NCBI RefSeq assembly: GCF_001194135.2
Contig: NC_069004.1
Span: 19,646,219-19,710,218 of the forward strand
Direction of reading: 5' to 3'
Length of the DNA: 64,000 nucleotides
DNA from: Octopus bimaculoides
Lineage: Eukaryota
The stretch's first letter is position 1. The number at the start of each line of letters is the position of its first letter. The notes below the pieces were generated by a model. That model was not told the origin of the DNA. It was given only the letters and a program-made list of their open reading frames with translations, and did no database searches. A program made the translations under genes and the position numbers. Shown one piece after another: positions 12,330-24,668 of this stretch.

Positions 12330-15300
12330 TTAACTCCCTACTCTCTCAACTTGCCAACATTTGAACCATTAACTCTTTGTTACCCTAATTGTCAGTGGTT
12401 ATTTAATTACCTTAATTTATAAACTGACTGGATATTTTTCTTTTTCTTTTTTTTTCTTCCATCTCTTGCAATATAAGAAACGAGAGTTGGTATGCAAGTC
12501 AATAGTGTGTACATAGTGCAAGGCAACATGTATACAGAGAGGCTTTATTTATGTGCCTCTGTATGTGTCTGCATGTGTGTGTGTGCGCACGTACTTGAGT
12601 GTGGGTGTGTGTGGCATTTCTGGCAGATTGACAAGCAGCCAGTGCTTGAAACGTAGCAGATGTACAAGAGTTTATTGGTTGAGGAGGCAGTTGAAACCTC
12701 TCACTTGTGATATTTTTTTCATGTTTCAACATTAAAACAAGTGATAAACACGTGGTCTTAGTATCATCAGTTACAAGTCTGTTGCTCTTTCGTTTCAAAT
12801 TATTAGAGCTTGTAATATCTAATGCAGAATTATATATCAAAAAATTGTTTCAAAGGTGTAGGCATGGCTGTGTGGTTGGGAAGCTTGTTTTCCCAACTAC
12901 ATGGTTCTGGGTTCAATCCCATTGTGTGTGGCACCTTAGGCCAATGTCTTCAACCATAGCCTCGGACCGACCAAAGCTTTGTGAGTGGATTTGGTAGACA
13001 GAACTGAAAGAAGCCCGTCGTATGCATATGTCTACATCTATGTGTGTGTGCGCATTTGTGTCTGTGTTTGTCTCTCCATCACTGCTTGACAGCCGGTGTT
13101 GGTGTGTCTATGTCCCCGTTACTTAGCGGTTCAGCATAAGAGATTGATAGAATAAGTACTAGACTTAAAAAATAAGTTCTGAGGTTGATTTGTTTGACTA
13201 AAACCTTTCAAGGTGGTGCTCCAGCATGGCTGCAGTCAGATGACTGAAACAAGCAAAAGAATAAAGGAAGTAGTCACAGGCATGATTGCATGGTTTAGGA
13301 AACTTACATTACAACCACTCAACACTTTGGGCAGGTGTCTTTTGGTATAGCACTAGGGTGAGGTCAACTTCACCTTCCATCCATTTAAAGGTTGATGGAA
13401 CAAGAACCAGTTGAATACAGGAGATTTCTGTTAATGTTGTTGCTTAACTCCAAATCAATCCTTATGCCTTGTGAGTGGATTTTGTAGACAGAAACTGAAA
13501 ATCCGCCGTTACGTTCTGAGTTCAAATTCCGCCGAAGTCGACTTTGCCTTTCATCTTTCGGGGTCGATAAATAAAGTACCAGTTACACACTGGAGTCAAT
13601 GTAATTGATTTAATCCCTTTGTTTGTCCCCTCTATATTTAGCCCGTTGTGCGTGCGTGTGTGTGCTTGTCTCCCCCCNNNNNNNNNNNNNNNNNNNNNNN
13701 NNNNNNNNNNNNNNCCCCCCCCTGTTACCTAGCAGTTCGGCAAAGGAGACTTGGTAGAATAATTACTAGGCTTACAAAGAATAAATCCTGAGATCAATTT
13801 CTCCGGTTAAATCCTTTGAAGGCAGTGCTCCAGCATGGCCGCTGTCAAGTAAAAGAATAAAAGAATTTATGAAGAGGCAGCTAACTGGAAAAATCATTAC
13901 TGTGCCCGGACAAAGTACTTGGCAGCATTTCTTGTGACTCTTTGCGTTCTGAGTTCAAATGCCACCAAGGTCAACATTGTCTTTCTTCTTTTCAGGGTCA
14001 GTAGAGGAAATACCATTTGTAGTCAACTTAACCCTCTCTCCTAAAATCGCTGGCATTGTACCAAAATTTAGAAAGAATTAATAATGAAGGAAACTATATA
14101 TTCCCTCAACCAAGTAGAAATAGCAGCCAAATCTCTTTCATAACACATATGATCTTAAGAAAAGGAAGCACACGTGATCTGGGAGACACTCGGCAGTTGT
14201 TTCTAGTAGCATGACTGCATGGAGGTTCCCATGTTGGCTGATATAGAATCAAAGGTTTTTCCAGCTCTGTCTTTTTTCTTTTATCTCTAGTCCATAGACT
14301 ACCTTATCTAATTCTTTTACTCGTTTCAGTCATCAGACTGCAGTCATGCTGGAGCATCTCCTTGAAGTAGTTTCGTCGAATGAATTGACCCCAGTACTTA
14401 CTTTATTTTTAGCCTGGTACTTATTCTATTGGTCTCTTTTGCCCAACTACTAAGTTACAGGAGCATAAACATACCAGCGGTGGTTGTTAAGTGGTGGACC
14501 AACACAGACATAAAGATACATGCACGCATGGGCTTCTTTCAGTTTCTGTCTATCACATCTACCCACAAAATTTTGGATGACCTGAAGTTATAGTAGAAGA
14601 CACTTGCTAAAGGTGTCATGTAGTGGAACTGAACCCTGAACCATGCAGTTGTAAAGCAAATGCAGACTTGGCTGTTACAGCTAGCAAATCAAACAATTGC
14701 ACAGGGTGAGGACCAGTAACTTCCCTTTTGTAACAGTCTACTGTTAATCTTCTTTTTTTCCGTAACATTTGCCTATAGCACATATGTATATTATATATTG
14801 ATTTCAAATTTTGGCACAAGGCCAGCAATTTCGGTCGTGGGGCTAAGTCAGTTACGTCCATCTACCAAATCCACTCACAAAGCTTTGGCCGGCTTGCCAA
14901 AGGTGCTACGCAGTGGGACTGAACCTGGAACCATGTGGTTGGTAAGCAAACTACTTATCACACAGCCACTCCTGTGCTTATGTATGGGAGAAAAAATTAT
15001 ATTCAGGTTACACTGCAGCACACCTAGCTCCATCTTGTGGCCCATTAATTGTGGGAACACTGCCCTTGATACATATAATAGCAGTGGCACAGCCATATCA
15101 AATATTCTTCCTGTTTTATGCTCAAACCAGCCACATCTGGCCTCTTACACTTACCCCACAATGTCATTCTAAAAGTAAACATTCACATCATTGACATTGT
15201 GCAGATACAAGATAATGCAAGATTAATTTAAAACATTGAGAATAAATAAAGATTATATTTGACTTAATAATCTGAACGCTAAAGAGTTAAAGCCACAAAT

Positions 15301-18189
15301 ATTTTAAATCGCACAAAATTCTCTAGTGAAGGTCTGAAGCCCACAGAGAACATGTCATTCGCTCATCTGTTTCTGCCCCCTGGCAGACACAGATCCCCTC
15401 ATCACTATCAACATGTGGAATAAATGGTTAAAAGCTGGTTGCTAACTTTGGATATTACTCATCATAGCAGAAAACTAAGAACTGAGAGAAACCCTTTTGT
15501 TACCATATTTCTGTTAACACAAACTGCTTTTGTTTCGATTAATTTTTTTACTACTACTTTCGTTGGGTACCACGACGAGGGTTCCACTTGATCCAATCTA
15601 TGGAACCACCTACTCGTGAAATAAACATGCAAGTGGTTGAGTACTCCACAGACACCTGTACCCTTAATGTAGTTCTCAGGGAGTTTCAGCATGACAGAAT
15701 GTGACATGGCTGACCCTTTAAATTACAGGTACAACTCATTTTCCTTATGATTGTGAGCTGAAAGCCGTAACTATAAGCCATGCACTGAATTTAATAAAAT
15801 AACTTCCTTGTTGTTAAACTGGGGTCTGGAACAAATTAGCATAAAATTTTGGTGGAAGATTATAATTTAGACCATTTTAATCTTTTAGCACTAAAATCAA
15901 CCATATCTGGCCCAAATACTCAACTTGATGTATAAACTACCCAGATCTGACCTCTCACACCTATTCTACAACGTCACTCTAAACATAAACAATCACATTA
16001 AAATCTCAAAACCATGAGATACAGCAACACGCACACACGTGGGTGTGTATATTCTTGCTTCTACTCTTGTCACTATTATTGTTGTTGACATTGCTTTTGA
16101 TCAGTAATATATCTTCCTAAGGAATTCCCTTGGAAATTTTGTGACTGGCTTCATCAGTAACCTTTTCATTTTTTTTCTATTTATTTTTCTTCTTTGTTCT
16201 TGAGAAGAAAGCCAACTTAAAGCAACTTTTTTCAGACCAATTTTTAAGTACTAATTTCTAAACCTGCGAATAGTAAGTAGGTGGGCATTGCCAACCAGCA
16301 CCCCATTATTGCCCCCAAAGTCTGGTACTTGTTTTGTTGGTCTTTCCTGTTAAACCACTGAGTGCATGTAAACAAACCAACATTGATTGTCAAACAGGGG
16401 TGGGGACAAACACAAAGGCACACCCATATATACACATGACAAGCTTCCAAAAGTTTCCGTCTGCTAATTTCACTCACAAGGCATTGGCTGAGGTGGAGCT
16501 TACCCAAGATGCCTTACAGTGGAACTGAAACGTAAAACGTATTTGTAAAGTGAGCTTCTTTAACCACACAGCCATGCCTGAGCTTATTAGCAAAAACTCC
16601 ATTAAGTTACATTGTGGAATCAATTTTGTATATTCAGTATGTTCAAAACAAATTGCATCAGACTGGTACCTCAAAATTCTATCTCTCAGCTCAGAATAAT
16701 TTGCAGTTATTGAAACAACAACAACAATCATTAGAATTGATATATTTTTGCCAGTGAGAAACGGATCTACTTATTTGTGTGACATAGACTTCTGAAGTCC
16801 TGGAACCAGTGGGTTCTTGTAAGGTGTTTTGAGCTGTTGTTTGATTGTCAACGACCTTCTTTAGGACAAAGGTCAAGAAATATGGTAGTTGGTTCAAGAG
16901 AAGTCAAAGGAGAAAGCTGGATGTTAGTATATTCAGTTTCTGCAGTCATTTACAAAACTTGGTCAGCATCATGGAGGAAAATTGGTCTTTTAATTGACAA
17001 ATGCTTGACATAATTGTCACACTTCTTGGTTCATTTTGTCAACTTCTCTGCAGTTATACTTTCAACTGTATTCTAGAAATAATGGTTAATGATTCCACTT
17101 GATGACAACCAGTTAGTGACTGTAATTTTCTTTTTTCATGTAGCTTTGGTTTGGGAAAGTGTTTTAATTCTTCACTTTCTCTCAGTCCTTGTGCAGAATG
17201 CCATCAGCCATTCTATAGAAGCCATCTGTTACCACATACCTGAATGCTGTTAACCCCTTGGCATGTCAACTGACCATTTCTGGCCTAAATATTCTCCCTG
17301 TTTTATTTGTTCAACCAGCCAGTCAGGTCTCCCTCACCTACTGCAAAATCTCATCCTAAAAATAAACAGTCACATTGAAATCTTCAAGATATTGGTAATG
17401 CATGATTAATTCAGAACAATCATGAATAAATAAGCATTATATTTGTCAGAATAACACTGTGTAACACAATTTTTGTTTTGGGGCAGCTGCTGTTATTTCC
17501 TATTTGCTTACCCCTAGAAAGTATAAAAAATGGCTAATATTTCCTTCAAACTTTGCTTTTCTTACATTTATTCAACCCCCAAAGAATCCCTCTCAACACA
17601 TGGCTATACTGTTCCCCCACTACTCCTGTTCATGATCAGAGATGAACATATTGTCAGCCACTAAGGGACATGATCAAGTGGTTCAGGTTAAGCAACTGAC
17701 AAGCAAATCTATAGTACTGAGCAGAATATTTGCTATAATGATATTTCTGCTTCAGCAACTCAGTGCTGAATCTGTCTGAAATGTAATGGAAAATAGGTCA
17801 GTTTTAAAAATATTGATGCCCAGGTCACAAAAGTAACTTTGAAGGGAATATTAGTGATTTCCTTTGATTTCTAGATAGAAGCAAATAGGAAATAACACTT
17901 ACTGACCAAAGACAGAAAAAAGTTTTTTTTAATTTTATTACACAGTGTAATCTGAAAGGTAAAGGGTTAAAAAAAAAGATTACTTTTATTGCACAAAACA
18001 TGGGCAGGCTTCAGAATAATGATTTTTTTTTTTTTTTTTTTTTTTTNNNNNNNNNNNNNNNNNNNNNNNNNNNNCATTTATTGAGCTGATTTAAGTTTCT
18101 GTTGTAGTGGAAATGTAACAACTCTTGAATGGTCTTCCTTTTTTTTTTACATATCTTCTGTTACTTTTCCTTGTATTGCATGGGTCCCC

Positions 18190-18395
18190 TTCGATGATGG
18201 CCTTCAGTTGATTTTTGTTAATTGCAGAAGGCCATTCGCAATCTTCTTCATCTTCAAGCCCCTTATCTCCCCTATAACATTTTTGGAACCAATGTTGAAC
18301 TGTCTTTCTGTTGGTAGTCCCTTGTCTAAATGTTTGGTTTGATATTGTGAGCATTTTTCTGCCAATGCCAGTTTGCATTTTGTTTTAAAATTCAA
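18190..18395 (-). mobile_element. Decayed mariner transposase N-terminal fragment (Hsmar1/SETMAR-like)
   Basis: Translates TFRQGTTNRKTVQHWFQKCYRGDKGLEDEEDCEWPSAINKNQLKAIIEGDP, resembling AFGPGTANERTVQWWFKKFCKGDESLEDEERSGRPSEVDNDQLRAIIEADP. Frameshifted. Confidence 0.85.
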
Positions 18396-20800
18396 ACAAT
18401 AAAATCACTAGAATTTTTCCCCCCCTTATCTTTCACTTGACAGCCTAAAATAAAACAAGAATAAATAGTAAAAGCAAAACCATTAGCATAAATCAATAGA
18501 CTGAAGTCTGTACTTCAGAATGGTTATATTACATAAACACAGTTAAATAAAGGTTTATTTGAAAATACGCATCAAAATTTAAATAACAAAACCACAGTTA
18601 TTTTTGCACCAATTATTATAAACGCTCATGCTTAAAAGAAGCTTTTATGCAGATGTATGTGATGTGTGTGTATGTGTGAGAGAGAAGATAATTTATTGAT
18701 ATATAATAGGGAACTCTTTGAAGATACGGATTAAAATATTTATCAACGAGCTAGAGCAACCTGTTGTATGTTTTTGTATTTAGTTTTGTCAGATTTTTGA
18801 TTGAAGACATGCAAGTTTTGCTTTTAAATGTATCTCTGTGGTCCTCACTTGATAACTACCAACAACCCCAGCCATCAACATAATGATTGCTTGGCCTGCT
18901 AGAAACAGAAGTCAAATTAATTAAACTTTCATTGAAAAAGGAAGAGCACATTGGATAATATGTATACCTAGATGTACTATGCCTAGGGCAGGAGAAGAGA
19001 AATAGTCATGCCTGGAATACTTCTGATCATAGGTCTTCTGCTCACTCAAGAGTTGACCTGAGATTAAAGACCAGCAGACCAAAGATTTCATTGTTAAGCT
19101 ATGATAAATTGAAATAATATGTTTATAGTTTGAGGTAAATAAAGTAATTTCTTTTATCTAGAGATACCCAGTGTATTGTGGATTTACTACTGACTTTGAG
19201 CTATTTGATCACATTAATCTATCATAGTGAAACTGGTTGTTTAATCCTAGGTCAGCCTCAGTCATTGAGATCTATGATCAAGTTCATTCCACTTACGACC
19301 ATCCAGGTATTTTTTTTTCTCCCCAGATATATACGACTGCATTGTCTAAGGCAGTGGATCTTAAACTTTGGTGGTAACATTTCCTTTGTCTCTTGTGAGC
19401 TCTCAGGGTTGTTGCAAAATGTTAATGGGATGGTATGAAAGGGCCCTGGGTAGAGGTATTGTGATTTTTCTTAGAAATAAAATTTTTAACCAAATAATAA
19501 TTCAAAATTGAATATTAGCAGTGGAGGTGATATTATGATCTGAAAAATGGGCAAAGGCTAGCAACAGGAAGTGCATTTGACCATAAAATCCTGCTTCAGA
19601 ATCAATCCCTTTCCTAGGCATGCTGACATGCTAAAATAGATAAAAGATTTATCATAGGGTCCACTAGACCGTACACATAACTAAAATGAAGTTCATGTAG
19701 GGTTGGATAAGGCAATGTGAATGTGGCTGTGTGGTAAGAAGCTTGCTTCCCAATCACATGGTTCCAGGTTCAGTCCTACTTCATGGCACCTTGAGTGAGT
19801 GTCTTTTACTATAGCCTTGGACCGACCAAAGCCTTGTGAGTGGATTTGGTAGACAAACTGAAAGAAGCTCGTGTGTGTGTGCGTGTCTGTTTGCCTCTGT
19901 CTCTGCTTAACACCTAGTGTTGGTTTGTTTACATCCCTATAACATAACAGTTTGGTAAAAAAGACTGATAGAATAAGTACCAAACTTTAGAAAAAAAAGT
20001 ACTGGGGTTAGTTTGTCCAACTAAAGATTCTTTAAGATGGTACCCCAGAATGGCCAGTCTAATGACTGCAACAAGTAAAGGATAAAAGTTAAAAGAATGA
20101 ACCATAAATGATTGTGTAATAAAATAATCTGGTATTTGTTTTTTTTTTTTTCTTTTTCACTTCAAAACATGGAGAGGAGTGTTTGTAAAAGACCATTCCA
20201 TAAAAAAATGGTACTTAGCCAGAAAAAGCCGAGAGCTGCTGGTGTGTTGTCGTTTCCTTTTTAAGATGCTAAACAAAATTTGGCTGCTATCTCTACTAAG
20301 TCACATGACTACAGAGCTCTTGTAAACCTAGTGTTTTGTTTGATCTTTTGACTATTGTGTTCATAGTTTTTAATTTATGTATGTCTGTGTGTCACTAAGT
20401 TGAAGATAACTCTGGGTCATGTAGATAAAAGCATCTATTAATATTTATCTAGGAAAGGCTATATTGGAGTGGTTTCCGGTTTTCACCAGGTGGTCTACAA
20501 ATGATCTGATAGTTACACCCAACAGTTAAAATGAAATAGAGTCACGTATAGTTGTTCTTACCCAGAAACAAAAAGAACTGCACATTTAATAAATCTGAAT
20601 TCTTGGTATCCCTAAGTAGGTACTACACTATCTTATCTGTTGATCCAACTCAACTATTTGCCTCTTCAATCATTACTTTGCTCTGTGTCTGTGTGTCTTC
20701 ATAGACTTAGGTCTGCTTGTGAGTATGTATGCATTCTGGCTAGTGTGTCAATGTAAATATATATAACAGCAGCAGTGTCAGTGGGTGCTTTACTATATAT

Positions 20801-21007
20801 GAGGGGGGGGTGCTGTAAAGTTCCTGGCGTTAAGGGTTTATCGTGAAAGGCCTGGGTGGAGACCCAACCTTTCTGCGTTCTTTTATGGGGCTTAAAAAAA
20901 CTGAAGGGCTCCTGCATTAAGTATGTGGATCTGAGAAGGGAATATGTTGAATAAAATCATAATTAACTGATCCTCCTGTGTTTTCACCCAAAACCAGGAA
21001 CTTTTCA
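20801..21007 (+). mobile_element. Short non-autonomous mariner derivative; right TIR cut by a SINE
   Basis: The left end gagggg..tgctgtaaagttcctgg pairs with the right end ccaggaacttttca. It retains the transposase C-terminus KYVDLRREYVE* and is preceded by TA. Confidence 0.7.
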
Positions 21008-23029
21008 GGCATGGCTATGTGGCTAAGAAGTTTGCTTCACAATCACTTGATTACAGGTTCGGTCTCACTGCATGGCACTTTGGACTAGCCTTTTCTGCTA
21101 CAGCCTCAAGCTTATCAAAGCTTTGTGAGTGGATTTAGTAGACGCAAACTGGAAGAAGCCCGGTGGGTGTGTTTGTGTCACCTTGTCAGTGTCATTCATT
21201 TGCAAACTTCGTGAAAGCATGTTCAGTCATTGTATTGTTCTTATTTCAAAGGACTGCAAGAAATATTACTTTGCTTAGAAACACTTGAGCAGTGGCAATA
21301 GAAAGACCATCCAGTTGTCAAAACTCTGCTACAACAAATTTTGTTTAACCTGTGCCAGCATGGAAAAGTGGATGTTAAAATAATTTTGATGAAGAATAAG
21401 GAGTAGCCATTATTATATCTATCTGTGCTTCACAGTTCCATCTGCTGTTTTCTTGTTTTGATTGTTGTTATTTAGAGCAGCGTTTGAATTCAGCTTTGTT
21501 TGGTGCTATCAATTATGAGCTGCCATCCACCCTTTTCCTCACACAGATGTGCTTTCCCTACTCATTTGAATACAGAAAGAAAACCACTTTAAACGTGTAG
21601 CATGTTAATTTAATGATTTTAAAATTGGGCCTGCATCTTGTGATACATAAAAATCTAGGTGCAACACATGCATACTTCCCCCACCCCCACCACCATCTTT
21701 GTTTCTATTAAAGACAGAATGGGAATAACATTTGGAAGCTTTTAAAGCCTCCATATTTCAAGGTAAATATCCTCTCCCCCAGCCCAATTCTACCTACTTA
21801 TTTTTCAATAATTACATCCTTAAAAAGTTTAAGTGAAACACCCAAAATATGTGACCTTGAATAAATCCTAGAAATTATATTTTCAACCTGTTGAACTCTA
21901 TGGTTCTGACAGCGTGTGCAATTGTTATTTATGCACATACGCACGTGTACAGCAGGCTCATCCTTTTAATTATCTTCTTAATGGCATAAAATATATAAAA
22001 TTCATAAACAACAGGTGCAGATGTAGCTGTGTGGTAAGAAGTTTGCTTCCTGACCACATGGTTCTAGGTTCAGTCCCAAAGCACACCTTGAAATAAGCCC
22101 TGTGTGTGTGTGTGTTTGTTTGTTTCCTTCCACTGGTTGACAACTAGTGTTCTTTTTTTTTTTTACATCCTTGTAACTTAGCTCACCAAATGAAACTGAT
22201 AACATAAGTACCAGGTTTTAAAAATTAAGCACCAGGGTCAATTCTTTTTGACTAAAACCCTTCAAGGTGGTGCCCCAGCTTGACTGCAAGACTGAAATTA
22301 AAAAAAAAGAGAGAAAAAGACCACTTTTGAGGATATAGCTATTATTCCGAAGTGTTCGCTGCTGTAGGTGGATACATCAGGTGCATATTTTATACTGCTT
22401 GCTCTGATCTTGAAGGGTTAAACAAATATGTGTGTCTATTTTAGTATGTCAACTGTTACAAAATGAAATAATGCTCTTGACATTTGTACAATATAAATAA
22501 AATTGAACTACTGTAAATACATTTCAGCCATTTAAATTTTTTCCCTGTCTCTTTGTTACCTTTTTTTTTTTTTTTTAAACCTGCTGTATTATTTTAAGGT
22601 AGTTGGGGTGGCAGAATAGTTGGCACCTTGAACAAAATGTTTTGTGACATTTCTCCTGGCCACAGTCTAATGACTGAAGCAAGTGAAAAAAGGGGAAAAA
22701 AAGCACTTTATACAAATAAATTAAAGTATAATTAAACCTTGTAAACAAAGACAGAATAAAAATGAGAATTAAACATTGAAAAACTTTTGTGTTCTCATCT
22801 ACACTCGAATGAGAAACCCATTGGGTAGGTCTGGTTAGTGTGCTTATCCACTTGCCAGTATCCGAAGGTGTTTGTTAACACTTTTGAGTGGGTTGTGATA
22901 GATGGGTATGTTTCATTTCTTTTGTAATATCTTTTAACCTCAACTAAGCTTCACTCTTTTTCACCATTATAACCTTGCATAACAAATCTTTTATCAGTTG
23001 TCAGGTGGTGAGGAAGGACATTGGCACAT

Positions 23030-23220
23030 CATCATCATCATCATCATCGTTTAACGTCCGCTTTCCATGCTAGCATGGGTTGGACGATTTGACTGAGGAC
23101 TGGTGAAACCGGATGGCAACACCAGGCTCCAGTCTGATTTGGCAGAGTTTCTACAGCTGGATGCCCTTCCTAACGCCAACCACTCAGAGAGTGTAGTGGG
23201 TGCTTTTACGTGTCACCCGC
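23030..23220 (-). mobile_element. RTE-LINE-like 3' tail repeat ending in (GAT)n (young copy)
   Basis: (cat)n-cgtttaacgtccgctttccatgctagcatgggttggacg...ggatgcccttcctaacgccaacc. A near-identical copy is at about 58722-58910 and more than ten older copies occur across the window. Confidence 0.8.
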
Positions 23221-24593
23221 ACACATATTTTTGGCAGGTATCCATTACAGTTTCCCTCTATCAAATTCACTGATAACATGTTGATCGGCCTGGGGCTGTG
23301 GTAAAAAAAGAGTTGACTAAATATATCATGCAGTGGGACTGAACCCCAAACCATGTGGTTGCAAAGCAAGCTTCTTAAGCACACAACCAAGTAATTCTGC
23401 CTATCAAATATTTGTTTGACGAATCTCATTAAAACGCCAGCAAATTTGTGGAGAATCAGCTCCAGCCCCACTACAAAACTGGTGCTTTATTTTATTCACA
23501 TCAAAACAATAAAATACAAAGCTGACCTCTGTGGGATTTGAACTCAGAATGTAAAGCATCTGCACAAATATGACAGACATGGTATTTTGTGCTACACCAC
23601 TGTCTCTCAACCGTTTTTTTTTTTATATCTATGGACCCCTTTGATCCATATTTTACTCAGATGGACCTTTGTAGTCATTTGCTGTTTAAAATATCATATG
23701 GCACAGCTGTGTGATAAGAAGCTTGTTTCTCAACCACATGGTTCCAGGATCAGTCCCACCGTGTAACACTTTGGACATATGTCTTCTACTATAGCCTCAG
23801 GTCTTGTGAGTCATTTAGTAGACGGAAATTGAAGCCTATCGTGTGTGTGTATATATATATATATATATATTTGTGTGTGTTTTTGTTTGTCCTCTCACCA
23901 TCATTTGACAACCAATGTTGATGTGTTTACCTCTCCATATGGTTCAGCAAAAGAGACCAGTAGAATAGGTACTAGGCTTACGAAGAATAGGTCCTTAGTT
24001 CAATTTTCTTCAACTAAAACCCCTTAAGGCAGTGCTCCAGCATGGCCACAGTCAAATGAGTGAAACAAGTAAAAGAAAATTTTTTTATAATTTAATTTTA
24101 TTAGATATTGTATTTAAAAAATGTTTTAAATATTTTGTGTGTTGTGGATGTATAAGTAATTCATTGCAGAGAAGTTTTGACGACAAAATCTTATGTGGAC
24201 CCCAGTAAAAACTACTGTGCTACACTGTATAGGCGCTGCCAATCTATTGCCATGATCATGATCATGCTGATGATGATGACAATAGCAATGGCAGCAACAA
24301 CACTTCTGATGATGATTACATACCATGTCAAGTGAATGCTAACCTTATTGGCTGAACATCCTTCATGTTTCCCTGTCTTCCTCAATGGATACATATTATG
24401 AATAGTATTTTAATTGCTGATTTCATGTCTATATGTGTAATACTCTTTTTTTCTTCTTTTTTTTCATGTTGTTTGTGTAATTTTATATCAAAAATGATAT
24501 AGCCGAAGTTGTTTTTAATATAATTTATGTGTAATTATATATTTAAAAAAAGTAATATAGCTAAAGCATATTGTTTTTTCTTTTATTATTCAG

Positions 24594-24668
24594 ACCCATG
24601 TATGGCTACCACGAAAAGGAGGAGCAGTTTTTAAAAATCTATTTTTACAATCCAAATTTGATTAAAAA
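24594..24668 (+). CDS. REV3L: REV3L exon, 75 nt, phase 2 to 2
   Basis: Acceptor ttattattcag and donor AA|gtaagg. Translates (I)PMYGYHEKEEQFLKIYFYNPNLIK (cf. PFYGYHEKERHFMKIYLYNP). In phase with the previous exon. Confidence 0.96.

Noticed and set aside
16691-17060. Minus-strand peptide VLKKVVDNQTTAQNTLQ with a faint Tc1-like look
   Set aside because: The similarity is too weak, and there is no TIR or second motif to support it without a search.
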